Source: Marispirochaeta sp. (GTDB taxonomy: Bacteria; Spirochaetota; Spirochaetia; JC444; Marispirochaetaceae). From it: DNA of 64,000 nt. Of the stretch, positions 9,426 to 18,859 are shown piece after piece; the first letter of the stretch is position 1; every line of letters starts with the position of its first letter. The notes beneath the pieces were generated by a model. It did not search any database. It was not told the DNA's origin and saw only the letters and a program-made list of their open reading frames with translations. The translations under genes were made by a program, and so were the position numbers. Location: contig CAXXFF010000001.1 in the NCBI GenBank assembly GCA_963676835.2, positions 224,001 to 288,000 of the forward strand, read 5' to 3'.

Positions 9426-11017
9426 CTGTTTCTCCTTCGTCGAAGCAGTATATTAACTGCATCAATCCCGCTGATTCTGTACATAAACAGGGTCAGGACA
9501 CTGTAAACTCCAGCGACTATCAGCAGCCGAAGTAAATTAATTGCGCTTGAACCACTGGTCCACCAGGTTCCGTAAAGCATATGATGTAAATATAACACCA
9601 GTGCACCCGGAATCAATGCTGGAAGAAGTTTAACTAAAGTACGCAGATTTCCCTTCAGTATTTCCAAACCCCTGCTTTTTATCATCGGCAGATAAAGCAA
9701 AAGAAATCCGATAGTAAATGCTACTGTATTTGCAAGAGCAAGACCTGCCACACCCAAAGCAGTATTTTTCCACAGAATTGAGAGAGAAATATCGACCAAT
9801 GCAATAACCACCGCGGTTGCTGTAACAGTCTTATAGCGATCTCTGGAAAAGTGGTAGCGCTGCATAAAATTATATGCCCCGACAGAAAACAGTCCATAAC
9901 TGTAGGCACTCATTATTTTAACCGTATATGCAGTATCCCCGGCGGTGAACCTGTAACGCTGGTATGCTACGGCGATAATCTCATGTCCAAGAAAAACAAG
10001 TACCAGCATTGAAGGAATCAGTAAAACCAGCAGGAGTTCTATTCCCTGGGCAATAGTAGTGTTCAGCTCCCGCTCATTGCCCTCAGCTGTTAGTCTGGCC
10101 ATTTTAGGAAACATTACAGTACTGACTGATGCTGAAAAAATGCCCATCGGGAGCTGCCAGAAAATAATTGCATTCTGCAGTCCGGCCACGCCCGAATCAT
10201 CTATACCGGAGGCAAAACGGATAGCCACAATTTGAATAATGCTGAAAATAGAGGAGCTCATAACCACCGGCCCCCATCTGCGCATTATTCTCGCGAATCC
10301 GGGTTCACTAAATTTAAACCTGGGGAAAATGGAATACCCGTGTTTGATAAATGCAGGAAGCTGAAAAAAAATCTGCGCAACACCGCCTGAGAGCACCCCT
10401 ACAGCCATGGCAAACACGCCTAAATGCCGGTATAGAAGCAAAAGACTGGAAATTACAGCTACAGAAAAAAGTACCGGAGTCAGAGCCGGAACAAGAAATT
10501 CATTATGACTGTTAAGTACTGCCATAATGGTTGCATTAACACTGATAAGTACTATATAGAAGATAAACCAGCGAAACAGAGACACAGCTAAAGCTATCCT
10601 GTCCGGCTCTTTTAATTCTGAAAGAACGTACTTTATCAAAGTTTCCGCATAAATTATTCCAATAATGGAGAGAGGAATAAGCACTAATAGCTGAAAGCCG
10701 ATCAGAAGACTGGTAAGGGACTTGGCATAATCGGCGTTCCTTCCTTTTCCTCTGGCAAGAGATGCTGATATCTCAGGAATAAAAGCGGATGACAATGCAC
10801 CTTCAGCCATAAGCTTCCGAAGGTTGTTTGGAACAGCAAAAGTTAAATGCAGGATACTTGCGTCTCCTCCTGCACCAAAAAGAGAAGCAATAAGTGCATT
10901 ACGTACAAAACCGAGCAAGCGGCTTGCAAAGGTACAGACCATGACAATTACGGTATTAACCGTGCTGCCCCGTTTAGAATCACGCCTGTTACTGGCTGTG
11001 TTTTCCCCGGTACTCAT
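9422..11017 (-). CDS. murJ: Lipid II flippase MurJ (MviN)
   Basis: SRLLGFVR, PNNLRKLMAEGALSSAFIP and QLPMGIF motifs, many TM segments; start at MSTGEN (GAGG RBS). Confidence 0.95.
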   Translation of the reverse strand: MSTGENTASNRRDSKRGSTVNTVIVMVCTFASRLLGFVRNALIASLFGAGGDASILHLTFAVPNNLRKLMAEGALSSAFIPEISASLARGKGRNADYAKSLTSLLIGFQLLVLIPLSIIGIIYAETLIKYVLSELKEPDRIALAVSLFRWFIFYIVLISVNATIMAVLNSHNEFLVPALTPVLFSVAVISSLLLLYRHLGVFAMAVGVLSGGVAQIFFQLPAFIKHGYSIFPRFKFSEPGFARIMRRWGPVVMSSSIFSIIQIVAIRFASGIDDSGVAGLQNAIIFWQLPMGIFSASVSTVMFPKMARLTAEGNERELNTTIAQGIELLLVLLIPSMLVLVFLGHEIIAVAYQRYRFTAGDTAYTVKIMSAYSYGLFSVGAYNFMQRYHFSRDRYKTVTATAVVIALVDISLSILWKNTALGVAGLALANTVAFTIGFLLLYLPMIKSRGLEILKGNLRTLVKLLPALIPGALVLYLHHMLYGTWWTSGSSAINLLRLLIVAGVYSVLTLFMYRISGIDAVNILLRRRRNR

Positions 11018-12122
11018 ACAGAAAATCCTCTTTATATTTTCTAAACCTGGATGCACGGATGGCGGCCCTTATTTCCATAACCATATTATTCAAAAAGGTA
11101 ATATTATGTTCTGTGGCCAGCATGGGTCCAAGAATTTCTTTTGCTTTAAACAAGTGCCTCATATATGCCCGACTGTATCTCGTGCAGGCAGTACAGCCGC
11201 ACCCTTCTACAATTGGCCCCTTATCTTTTTCAAACTCTGCCTTCTTAAGAGCAATCATACCGCCGGGAGTAAAAACTGTTCCATTCCTGGCTATCCGGGT
11301 TGGAAATACGCAGTCAAATAGATCAATACCATTTTCGACAGCTTCGAGAATATATTCCGGCGTTCCAATACCCATAAGGTAATGCGGCTTTTCCTGCGGC
11401 AGCAAGGAGCCGGTATGCTGGAGCATATCAACATAAACCGGAAATGGTTCCCCCACAGATAATCCGCCAACAGCTACACCGGAAAAGTCCATGGCCAACA
11501 GCTCTTCAGCACTCCGTTCTCTTAAGTCCTTATAAAAGTTACCCTGAAGAATCGGAAAGAGAACCCTGCCGTCTGCAGGATTGGCATCCTTCCATGCTTT
11601 GAGGCTTCGTTCCGCCCAATGAGTTGTGGTCTCCAGTGCCTTCACCGCTTCACGGTATTCAATTCCAGGAGGAGTACATACATCCAGAACCATGGCAATA
11701 TCACTATTCAGGGAGTTCTGCACGCCCACAACCTTTTCGGGTGTTAGAAAATGGTAACTGCCGTCGATATGACTGCGGAACTTTACTCCTTCCCGGGTTA
11801 TTTTCCTGAATGGAGCCAGAGAGAATACCTGAAACCCACCGGAATCGGTTAAAATGTTTCCCTTCCAGCTGGAAAACTGGTGGAGTCCCCCATAGGTATC
11901 AATTACATCAGTACCCGGTCTTAGATACAAATGATACGTATTTCCCAGAATCAGAGAAATACCGATTTTTTCCAGGGTATCATGTGATATTGCCTTAACA
12001 CTGCCGTTTGTCCCTACAGGCATAAATACCGGAGTTTCCACTGGCCCATGTGCAAGCTCAAGTGTGCCGGTTCTTGCAAGAGTATCCTTATCAAATGAAT
12101 CTATCGTAAATTTTATACCCAT
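10989..12122 (-). CDS. tgt: tRNA-guanine transglycosylase
   Basis: TPVFMPVGT, LTDSGGFQ, GGLSVGE, DCVFPTR and the Zn site CGCTAC...H. Confidence 0.97.
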   Translation of the reverse strand: MGIKFTIDSFDKDTLARTGTLELAHGPVETPVFMPVGTNGSVKAISHDTLEKIGISLILGNTYHLYLRPGTDVIDTYGGLHQFSSWKGNILTDSGGFQVFSLAPFRKITREGVKFRSHIDGSYHFLTPEKVVGVQNSLNSDIAMVLDVCTPPGIEYREAVKALETTTHWAERSLKAWKDANPADGRVLFPILQGNFYKDLRERSAEELLAMDFSGVAVGGLSVGEPFPVYVDMLQHTGSLLPQEKPHYLMGIGTPEYILEAVENGIDLFDCVFPTRIARNGTVFTPGGMIALKKAEFEKDKGPIVEGCGCTACTRYSRAYMRHLFKAKEILGPMLATEHNITFLNNMVMEIRAAIRASRFRKYKEDFLYEYRGKHSQ

Positions 12123-12129
12123 CAAAACC

Positions 12130-13203
12130 TCAAGTTCGAATAAATTTCATCATGGTTATACCAATTATAAAGAAAACAATAACCGGCATAAACGCCCCGG
12201 TAAAAGGCGGCATTAACCCGGTATTGGCAAGTATTCCTGTTACCATTTGAAAGACATAGAATATAACCGAAATACTTAAACTTAAAAGAAGACTCATTAA
12301 CAGTATGTTCTTTTTAAACCTGCTGCCCACAGCAACGGAGATTAAAGAGACTATAAATGGAGTAAAAATAAAGGCTATTCTTTTAAAATAGTCGGTCCTG
12401 GCTATCCGGCTGTCCCTGCCTGCTCGCTGAAGTTCCTTAATATACATGCCTGCTTCTTTCAAGGTTAACTCATCAAGATTCTTCTCTTTTCTTCTGAATG
12501 TATCAGGTTCATCAAGCAGTAATGGAGGCTGAAGTTCAGATTCCCGGGTCTCGACTATTTTGTCTTTCTCGTAATTAAAAACACGGCAGTCATGCAGCAG
12601 CCACCCCTGCTGCTTATATTCAGCCCATTTTGCATCGATGCGTTGGGTAAATGTCCCCTGTGAATCACAAAGAAGTACGGTTAAATTGGAAAGCGTCTGA
12701 TTCTGATCGTTATAATATTCTGCAGAATACAGAACCCCTTCCGAAAGCCCTCTAATAGTTACATTTGTATTGTTGGCATTTTCTTTCTGCCCCAATACCT
12801 CTTTTACAAACTTTATCTTTGTTGCGTAGGTATTGATTACTACCCGGTCTTCAAAAACAAGCATGCCCGCACCTGTCATAAACCCTAGAACAAGAAGGGG
12901 AACCACCGCACGGCGAAGAGATACACCGGCTCCTAAAAGTGCAATGAGCTCGTTATTTGCATAAAGATTACCCAGGGTAAAAGAGACTGAAAAAAGCAGG
13001 GAAATCGGGGCGCTGTAAGAAATGCACTTGGGTAAATAATAGAGCTGTATAGTCAATATAACATTGACAGGAACATCCTGATTAAGGTAGCGCCAGAGAT
13101 TGGCGAAGAGATCTACCATTTCCAGGATAAGAACAAAAAACATTAATGCAAGAAGCATTACAGGGAGAGCCTCTTTCAGCAGCATTCGGTAGAATATTTT
13201 CAC
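12130..13203 (-). CDS. lptG: LptF/LptG family permease (LptG-like)
   Basis: 3 TM + periplasmic domain + 3 TM; NELIALLGAGVS motif; coupled to the upstream paralog. Confidence 0.8.
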   Translation of the reverse strand: MKIFYRMLLKEALPVMLLALMFFVLILEMVDLFANLWRYLNQDVPVNVILTIQLYYLPKCISYSAPISLLFSVSFTLGNLYANNELIALLGAGVSLRRAVVPLLVLGFMTGAGMLVFEDRVVINTYATKIKFVKEVLGQKENANNTNVTIRGLSEGVLYSAEYYNDQNQTLSNLTVLLCDSQGTFTQRIDAKWAEYKQQGWLLHDCRVFNYEKDKIVETRESELQPPLLLDEPDTFRRKEKNLDELTLKEAGMYIKELQRAGRDSRIARTDYFKRIAFIFTPFIVSLISVAVGSRFKKNILLMSLLLSLSISVIFYVFQMVTGILANTGLMPPFTGAFMPVIVFFIIGITMMKFIRT

Positions 13204-14459
13204 CTCCGGGTCCTTAAAACAAGAAGAACAATACCAACGGTAAGAATAACAAAATTAGCACTCCAGATAGAAAACAGGGGTGAGAAGTTTGAACGGATAC
13301 CCAGAGTCTGACCTGCAAAGAGCATGCCCCAGTATATTACACATACAAAAAGACCAATACCGAAACCGATAGAACGGCCACTGCGACGGCTTATTACCCC
13401 TGCGGGAAAAGCAAAAATAAGGAAAATAATGCATGCTGCAGGTAAAGCAATTTTCTTGTGAAATTCAAGGAGATGCATCTGGAGCGACCTGTCTCGTATT
13501 TCCTGTTTCTTCAGATTATTTACAGCGTCATAAAGACCGGATAGCCTGGAAGACGATTGTTCCTGACGGTTAAGGATAGTATCGTCATACACAGAAGCCA
13601 TATTGATTTTATCGGATTCCAGGCGAAGTCTCTGATCTTCCAGACGCTTATTCAGCTGCTCCTCTTTCCCTTCAATCTCTTTGAGAATATCGCGTACACT
13701 TTTTTCCCGAGGGGTAAGACTATGTACTGCCATGGTTATATCTTTAAGCAGAATATTATACTTCATGGTTTCTGCAGTACTGTATTCGTAGTTCCCGCTG
13801 CGTTTTTTATCCGTTACCAGCGATACTACATTATCCAGCTCAAGGCTTATTACCCCCGCACCGCTTGTATCCCGTGAGAGCACGGCACCGGATGCGGTTA
13901 TGGTACGCAGGTTTTTTTTATCATCCCGGTCAATAATTATAATATTGTCTATTCTACCGCCGTTGACATCTCCGGTGGCGATAATCCTGTCCTGATACCG
14001 CTTTATTGAATTTGATTCAAGCTCCAGGGCCGGATTACTGTACAGTATCTCCCGGTACAGTGTGTTGAACTTCATTGTTCCAAGGGGAAGCAGAACATCA
14101 TTGGAAAAAAAGGCCAGACCGCCCACAAGAACCCCCATAAACAGAAATGGAAGAGCAATCTTTTTAAGCGGGATTCCTGCTGCCTGCATGGCAAGCAGTT
14201 CGTTATCACCACCAAGCCTTCCTACGGCCATGAGCCCTCCGACAAGAGCCGCAAAAGGAAAACTGTAAGAGATTATATTGGGAATAGCGAAGAGAATAAG
14301 CCGGATTACATCAACCGGGGCTACATGCTTGGACAAAATCTGTTCTGCCATAAGCAGTATCTGGTTGATAAAGAAAATAAAAAAGAAAAACAGAAAAACC
14401 ACAAAGAAAGAGAAGAGGAACTCAGAAGCTATATAGCGGTTGAAAATCTTCGTGGTCAT
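13200..14459 (-). CDS. lptF: LptF/LptG family permease (LptF-like)
   Basis: GRLGGDNELLAMQAAGIPL motif, EFHKKIALP, 3+3 TM topology. Confidence 0.8.
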   Translation of the reverse strand: MTTKIFNRYIASEFLFSFFVVFLFFFFIFFINQILLMAEQILSKHVAPVDVIRLILFAIPNIISYSFPFAALVGGLMAVGRLGGDNELLAMQAAGIPLKKIALPFLFMGVLVGGLAFFSNDVLLPLGTMKFNTLYREILYSNPALELESNSIKRYQDRIIATGDVNGGRIDNIIIIDRDDKKNLRTITASGAVLSRDTSGAGVISLELDNVVSLVTDKKRSGNYEYSTAETMKYNILLKDITMAVHSLTPREKSVRDILKEIEGKEEQLNKRLEDQRLRLESDKINMASVYDDTILNRQEQSSSRLSGLYDAVNNLKKQEIRDRSLQMHLLEFHKKIALPAACIIFLIFAFPAGVISRRSGRSIGFGIGLFVCVIYWGMLFAGQTLGIRSNFSPLFSIWSANFVILTVGIVLLVLRTRR

Positions 14460-14489
14460 CCTGATTACCCGAACGTGTACAGCGTTCCC

Positions 14490-14939
14490 CTAATGGGTAC
14501 CGGTAGAGCCGAACCCGCCATGGCCTCTATCTGTTTCTGAAAGATTGTCTGATTCCTCAAAAACCGCCTGTATTACCGGAGCAAATACAATCTGGGCAAT
14601 ACGTTCTCCAGGCAGAATTTCTGCTGTTTCTGCAGACAGATTAACCAGAATAACTTTGATCTCCCCCCGGTAATCGCTGTCTATTGTTCCAGGCGTATTA
14701 AGTACCGTTACTCCTCTTTTTGCCGCCAGGCCAGACCGTGGTCTTACCTGTGCTTCATAACCGGGAGGTATAGCAAGAAACAGCCCGGTGGGGATCATAA
14801 CCCTTTCAAGGCTTTTCAATCGAATTGCTGTGTCTATATCTGCAACAAGATCGGCGCCGGAAGCAACCGCAGTTGCATACACGGGAGCGCCGGAAGCTGG
14901 AAGAACAGACGGAACAATAACACTTTTAAGCATTTCCAC
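14490..14939 (-). CDS. dut: dUTPase
   Basis: [28 protein letters not shown] and [10 protein letters not shown] motifs. Confidence 0.97.
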   Translation of the reverse strand: MEMLKSVIVPSVLPASGAPVYATAVASGADLVADIDTAIRLKSLERVMIPTGLFLAIPPGYEAQVRPRSGLAAKRGVTVLNTPGTIDSDYRGEIKVILVNLSAETAEILPGERIAQIVFAPVIQAVFEESDNLSETDRGHGGFGSTGTH

Positions 14940-15000
14940 AGTTAACTCCTGTACATACTCCGTTCTCGGTAAGATATCCGGATAAACAGATAGAAGATAT

Positions 15001-15034
15001 AAAAAAACGGATTGTCCCGTTTAAGGACAATCCG
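15001..15034 (-). terminator. Intrinsic terminator after pnp
   Basis: 10-bp stem CGGATTGTCC/GGACAATCCG followed by T7 on the minus strand. Confidence 0.8.
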
Positions 15035-15058
15035 CCTGTTTGTTTAAGAGACGGGCCC

Positions 15059-17188
15059 CTATCTCTGGCGACTGCCCTGATCTCCACCCTTGCCGCTGCC
15101 GGACTTATCGGGGTCAATAGCGTCTATATAGCTTAAGTTGATTCGGCCCATGCGGTCGATCTCAATAAGTTTCACAGGTATTTCCTGATCTACCTTAAGA
15201 ACATCGCTTACGCTGTTAACTCGTTCTCTGGAAAGCTTGGAAATATGAACAAGCCCTTCTTTTCCGGGGAGAATCTCAACAAAAGCGCCGAAATCCATAA
15301 TTCGTTTAACAGTACCCTGGTATATTGTTCCCACAACAGGATCTTCTACAATACCGCGGACCATAGCCTCTCCGGCTTCAGCACTGGCCTGATCTTTACC
15401 GAAAATAACAACCTTGCCGCTGTCATCGATATTGATACTTGCACCGGATTTCTCGCAGATACTCTTTATTACCTTGCCACCAGGTCCTATTACTGCGCCA
15501 ATCTTATCTTCATCCACCTTTATGGTGATGATCTTAGGTGCATATTCGGACATCTGGCCCTGATGGGAGGCAACTGTCTCATTCATAATACCGAGAATGT
15601 GCATACGCCCTTTCTTGGCCTGATTGAGAGCAGTTTCCATAATCTCCCGGCTTACACCGGAAATCTTGATATCCATCTGGAAGGCGGTAATTCCATCTTC
15701 AGAACCGGCAACCTTAAAGTCCATATCTCCAAGATGATCTTCCTCTCCGAGAATATCGGAAAGAACCACAGTCTTCTCAGGAGAGCTGATTAGCCCCATG
15801 GCAATTCCGGCAACCGGTTTTCTTAAAGGAACACCGGCACTCTGCAGCGAAAGAGAGCTTCCGCATACAGTCGCCATGGATGAAGAACCATTTGATTCAA
15901 GAATTTCGGATACAACCCGGACGGTGTAGGGGAAATCCTCTTTCTTGGGAAGAACGCCCTCAACTGCGCGCTGAGCAAGGTGACCGTGACCGATTTCCCG
16001 GCGACCGGTACCCATACGTCCGGTTTCACCTACCGAAAAAGGAGGAAAGTTGTAATGGAGCATAAAACTTTCATAGCTCTTATCTCCATCTATGTCATCG
16101 ACGATTTTCTCGTCAGAAACAGTTCCAAGGGTGGTAACCGCGAGGGCCTGTGTTTCTCCCCGGGTAAACAGTGCGCTTCCGTGAGTACGGGGAAGAACCT
16201 TGACCTCGCAGCTGATGGGGCGAATATCTTCTGTCCCGCGACCGTCGGTTCTTTTGCCATTATTCAGAATAGATGCACGTACAATGTCGTACTCCATCTT
16301 CTCAAAAAGTTTGTCAACTTTTGCCATCTGTCCGTCTTCGATACGGTCTTCAAACTGTGAGACCACATCAGACTTAACTGCTTTAATGGCAGCATAACGT
16401 TCAAACTTACCGAGAACAAAGCAGGCTTCTTCAAGACGCGCATAGGCGGCATCCTTAATCTCACCTTCAAGTTCAAAAACCTCAGCAGTCTCTACCAGAG
16501 GAAGCTTTTCTTTTCCCGCCTTCTCACGCAGTTCAAGCTGACCAGCACAAAGCTTCTTGATAACATCCCTGGCAAGGTCAATGGCTTCAAGCATTCTCTC
16601 TTCAGAGACTTCCTTTGCGCCGCCCTCTACCATGGTTATACCTTCATTGGTACCGGATACCACAATATCCAGCTCACTGTTGGCAATCTGCTCGAAAGTA
16701 GGATTGACAATCAGCTGGCCGTCTACGGAACTGATTCTTACCGCGCCGACGGGACCCTCAAAGGGAATATCAGAAATCACAACTGCCGCAGAAGCTGCGA
16801 CCATTGCAATAATATCAGGAGGATTGACCTGGTCTGCAGAAACTACAGTCGGCACAACCTGAATATCTCTGGCAAAAGATTTGTGAAACAGAGGGCGCAT
16901 GGGTCTGTCGATAAGACGGCAAACAAGGATTTCCTTGTCCTTGGGCCTTCCTTCACGTTTCAGGAAACCACCGGGAATTTTTCCGGCGGCGTAATATTTT
17001 TCATTGTATTCTACCTGGAGAGGAACATAATCCAGTCCTTCCACCGGCTTGTCACTGCAGCAGACTGTCGCAAGGACAGCACTGCCTTCGTAACGCGCGT
17101 ATACCGCACCATTGGCCTGCTTGGCCATTTTGCCGGTTTCGAGGATTAGTTCACCATCTCCCATGGGAATGGAAACTGAATGTATCAT
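15059..17188 (-). CDS. pnp: Polyribonucleotide nucleotidyltransferase
   Basis: RLIDRPMRP, HGSALFTRGETQ, RREIGHG, GDMDFKVAG, plus KH and S1 domains. Confidence 0.98.
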   Translation of the reverse strand: MIHSVSIPMGDGELILETGKMAKQANGAVYARYEGSAVLATVCCSDKPVEGLDYVPLQVEYNEKYYAAGKIPGGFLKREGRPKDKEILVCRLIDRPMRPLFHKSFARDIQVVPTVVSADQVNPPDIIAMVAASAAVVISDIPFEGPVGAVRISSVDGQLIVNPTFEQIANSELDIVVSGTNEGITMVEGGAKEVSEERMLEAIDLARDVIKKLCAGQLELREKAGKEKLPLVETAEVFELEGEIKDAAYARLEEACFVLGKFERYAAIKAVKSDVVSQFEDRIEDGQMAKVDKLFEKMEYDIVRASILNNGKRTDGRGTEDIRPISCEVKVLPRTHGSALFTRGETQALAVTTLGTVSDEKIVDDIDGDKSYESFMLHYNFPPFSVGETGRMGTGRREIGHGHLAQRAVEGVLPKKEDFPYTVRVVSEILESNGSSSMATVCGSSLSLQSAGVPLRKPVAGIAMGLISSPEKTVVLSDILGEEDHLGDMDFKVAGSEDGITAFQMDIKISGVSREIMETALNQAKKGRMHILGIMNETVASHQGQMSEYAPKIITIKVDEDKIGAVIGPGGKVIKSICEKSGASINIDDSGKVVIFGKDQASAEAGEAMVRGIVEDPVVGTIYQGTVKRIMDFGAFVEILPGKEGLVHISKLSRERVNSVSDVLKVDQEIPVKLIEIDRMGRINLSYIDAIDPDKSGSGKGGDQGSRQR

Positions 17189-17206
17189 TATTATATATCC
17201 TTACTG

Positions 17207-17473
17207 TTATTTTCTCAGATTGAGACGGACAAGAAGCTCCCTGTACTTATCAAGGTCCTTACGCTGCAGGTATTTAAGCAGCTTTCTCCGCTGACCTACC
17301 AGCTTGAGAAGTCCCCTTCTTGAAGCATGATCCTTTTTATTTACTTTGAAATGCTCTGTAAGTTCTTCAATCCGTTTAGTGAGCAGTGCAATCTGCACTT
17401 CAGTTGCCCCACTGTCTTTTTCGTTAGTTCCAAACTCTTTAATAACGTTCTGTTTCGCTTCCTTAGCTAACAT
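17207..17473 (-). CDS. rpsO: 30S ribosomal protein S15
   Basis: [13 protein letters not shown]...[23 protein letters not shown]. Confidence 0.98.
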   Translation of the reverse strand: MLAKEAKQNVIKEFGTNEKDSGATEVQIALLTKRIEELTEHFKVNKKDHASRRGLLKLVGQRRKLLKYLQRKDLDKYRELLVRLNLRK

Positions 17474-17627
17474 CCTTTTCTCCTTTGAACACTCTCTCTA
17501 CCGAGCGAAACCTGCTCATGAATTTTATCCGTTTGTTCACGGTTAGTTTTATACTGCAAATATGCGGAAGAATACGGCGGCAAAAGCAAAATTCTTCCAC
17601 TTTAGTTTACCCATATATGTCAAAAAG

Positions 17628-18512
17628 TCAATCTCTCAGCCCGCCGTTAACCATACCATATCGGTACCCCTGTTGCTGCCTGACAAGGACTCCGAGAAAC
17701 CTGCCGTCTTCATCAAAGCAGATCAGGTCATCCAGGTCGGGGATATCGCTGAACATGGAGTTTTTTATGGTTTTTCCATTAAGAAAATCTCCGGCATAAT
17801 CCTGGATTATAGTAGCCCCGGTTAAACCAAGTATCATTTCCATACTCTCTCTGCTCGTCTCCAGAGGAGTTTCACTGTTCAGCTCTTTTGCGTTAACAGC
17901 ATTTTCCACCAGGGATGATCCAACCCTTGTTCTTCTCAATGCAGAAAGACTTGCACGGCTGCCTGCAGCTATTGCCAGATCCCTGGCCAGACTTCGTATA
18001 TATGTCCCTTTGGAACATGCAATACGTGCAGTTAAAAACGGCGGGTTCCATTCCAGAATATCAAACAGGTCAATACTGATTGATCTTTCCGGCATAACCA
18101 GCTCTTCTCCCGCTTTAGCCCGCTTATAGGCCCGTTTACCATCTATGTGCACTGCTGAATATGCAGGCGGACGTTGAAGAACTGTTCCGCGAAACGAAGG
18201 CAGTACGGATTCTATTACTGAAAGGTCTGGAACTGCGCCTTCCGCAATTATATCCCCCTCCGGATCAAGGGTGCTTGTCTCCTTGCCGAATTCAATTACC
18301 GCTTCGTATTCCTTGTCCTGATCGGTAAGGTAGTTGGCAAGACGGGTAAATGAACCGGTAACACATACAAGTAGTCCTGAGGCAAACCGGTCGAGAGTAC
18401 CGGTATGCCCGGCTTTACCCGACTTAAGCCTTCGAGCAGCCATTCTGACGGTATCTGATGAGGTAAAACCAGGATTTTTATCGATTAAAATAATACCATC
18501 ACGCAGGGGCAT
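17628..18512 (-). CDS. truB: tRNA pseudouridine(55) synthase
   Basis: GHTGTLD, QRPPAYSA and CSKGTYIRSLARD motifs. Confidence 0.96.
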   Translation of the reverse strand: MPLRDGIILIDKNPGFTSSDTVRMAARRLKSGKAGHTGTLDRFASGLLVCVTGSFTRLANYLTDQDKEYEAVIEFGKETSTLDPEGDIIAEGAVPDLSVIESVLPSFRGTVLQRPPAYSAVHIDGKRAYKRAKAGEELVMPERSISIDLFDILEWNPPFLTARIACSKGTYIRSLARDLAIAAGSRASLSALRRTRVGSSLVENAVNAKELNSETPLETSRESMEMILGLTGATIIQDYAGDFLNGKTIKNSMFSDIPDLDDLICFDEDGRFLGVLVRQQQGYRYGMVNGGLRD

Positions 18513-18859
18513 CAGGTATCCAGATCATCCAGCTTTTTCACCATCCGGACACCACGCTCAATTGAGCCGTCCTGAATAAAATTCAGTTTCGGGGTGTTAC
18601 GAAGATGCAGCTTTTTCCCAAGCTTTGCCTGAATAAACCCGGCAGCATGATTCAAAGCTTTAACAGCATTTTCCACTGACTGGAGATTTTCAAAACTGGA
18701 AACATAAACCCTTGCGTAGGCGGTGTCTTTCGACACCTCTACGCCGGTTACAGATATAAAACTCGATACCCGGTGATCTTTGATAACACCGGTCACGATC
18801 ATTTCACTTATAGCGTGCTGAATCAACGATGAAACACGCTTTAGCCTGAATTCTGACAT
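18512..18859 (-). CDS. rbfA: Ribosome-binding factor A
   Basis: VTGVEVSKDTAYARVYVS and LRNTPKLNF; position after infB. Confidence 0.96.
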   Translation of the reverse strand: MSEFRLKRVSSLIQHAISEMIVTGVIKDHRVSSFISVTGVEVSKDTAYARVYVSSFENLQSVENAVKALNHAAGFIQAKLGKKLHLRNTPKLNFIQDGSIERGVRMVKKLDDLDT

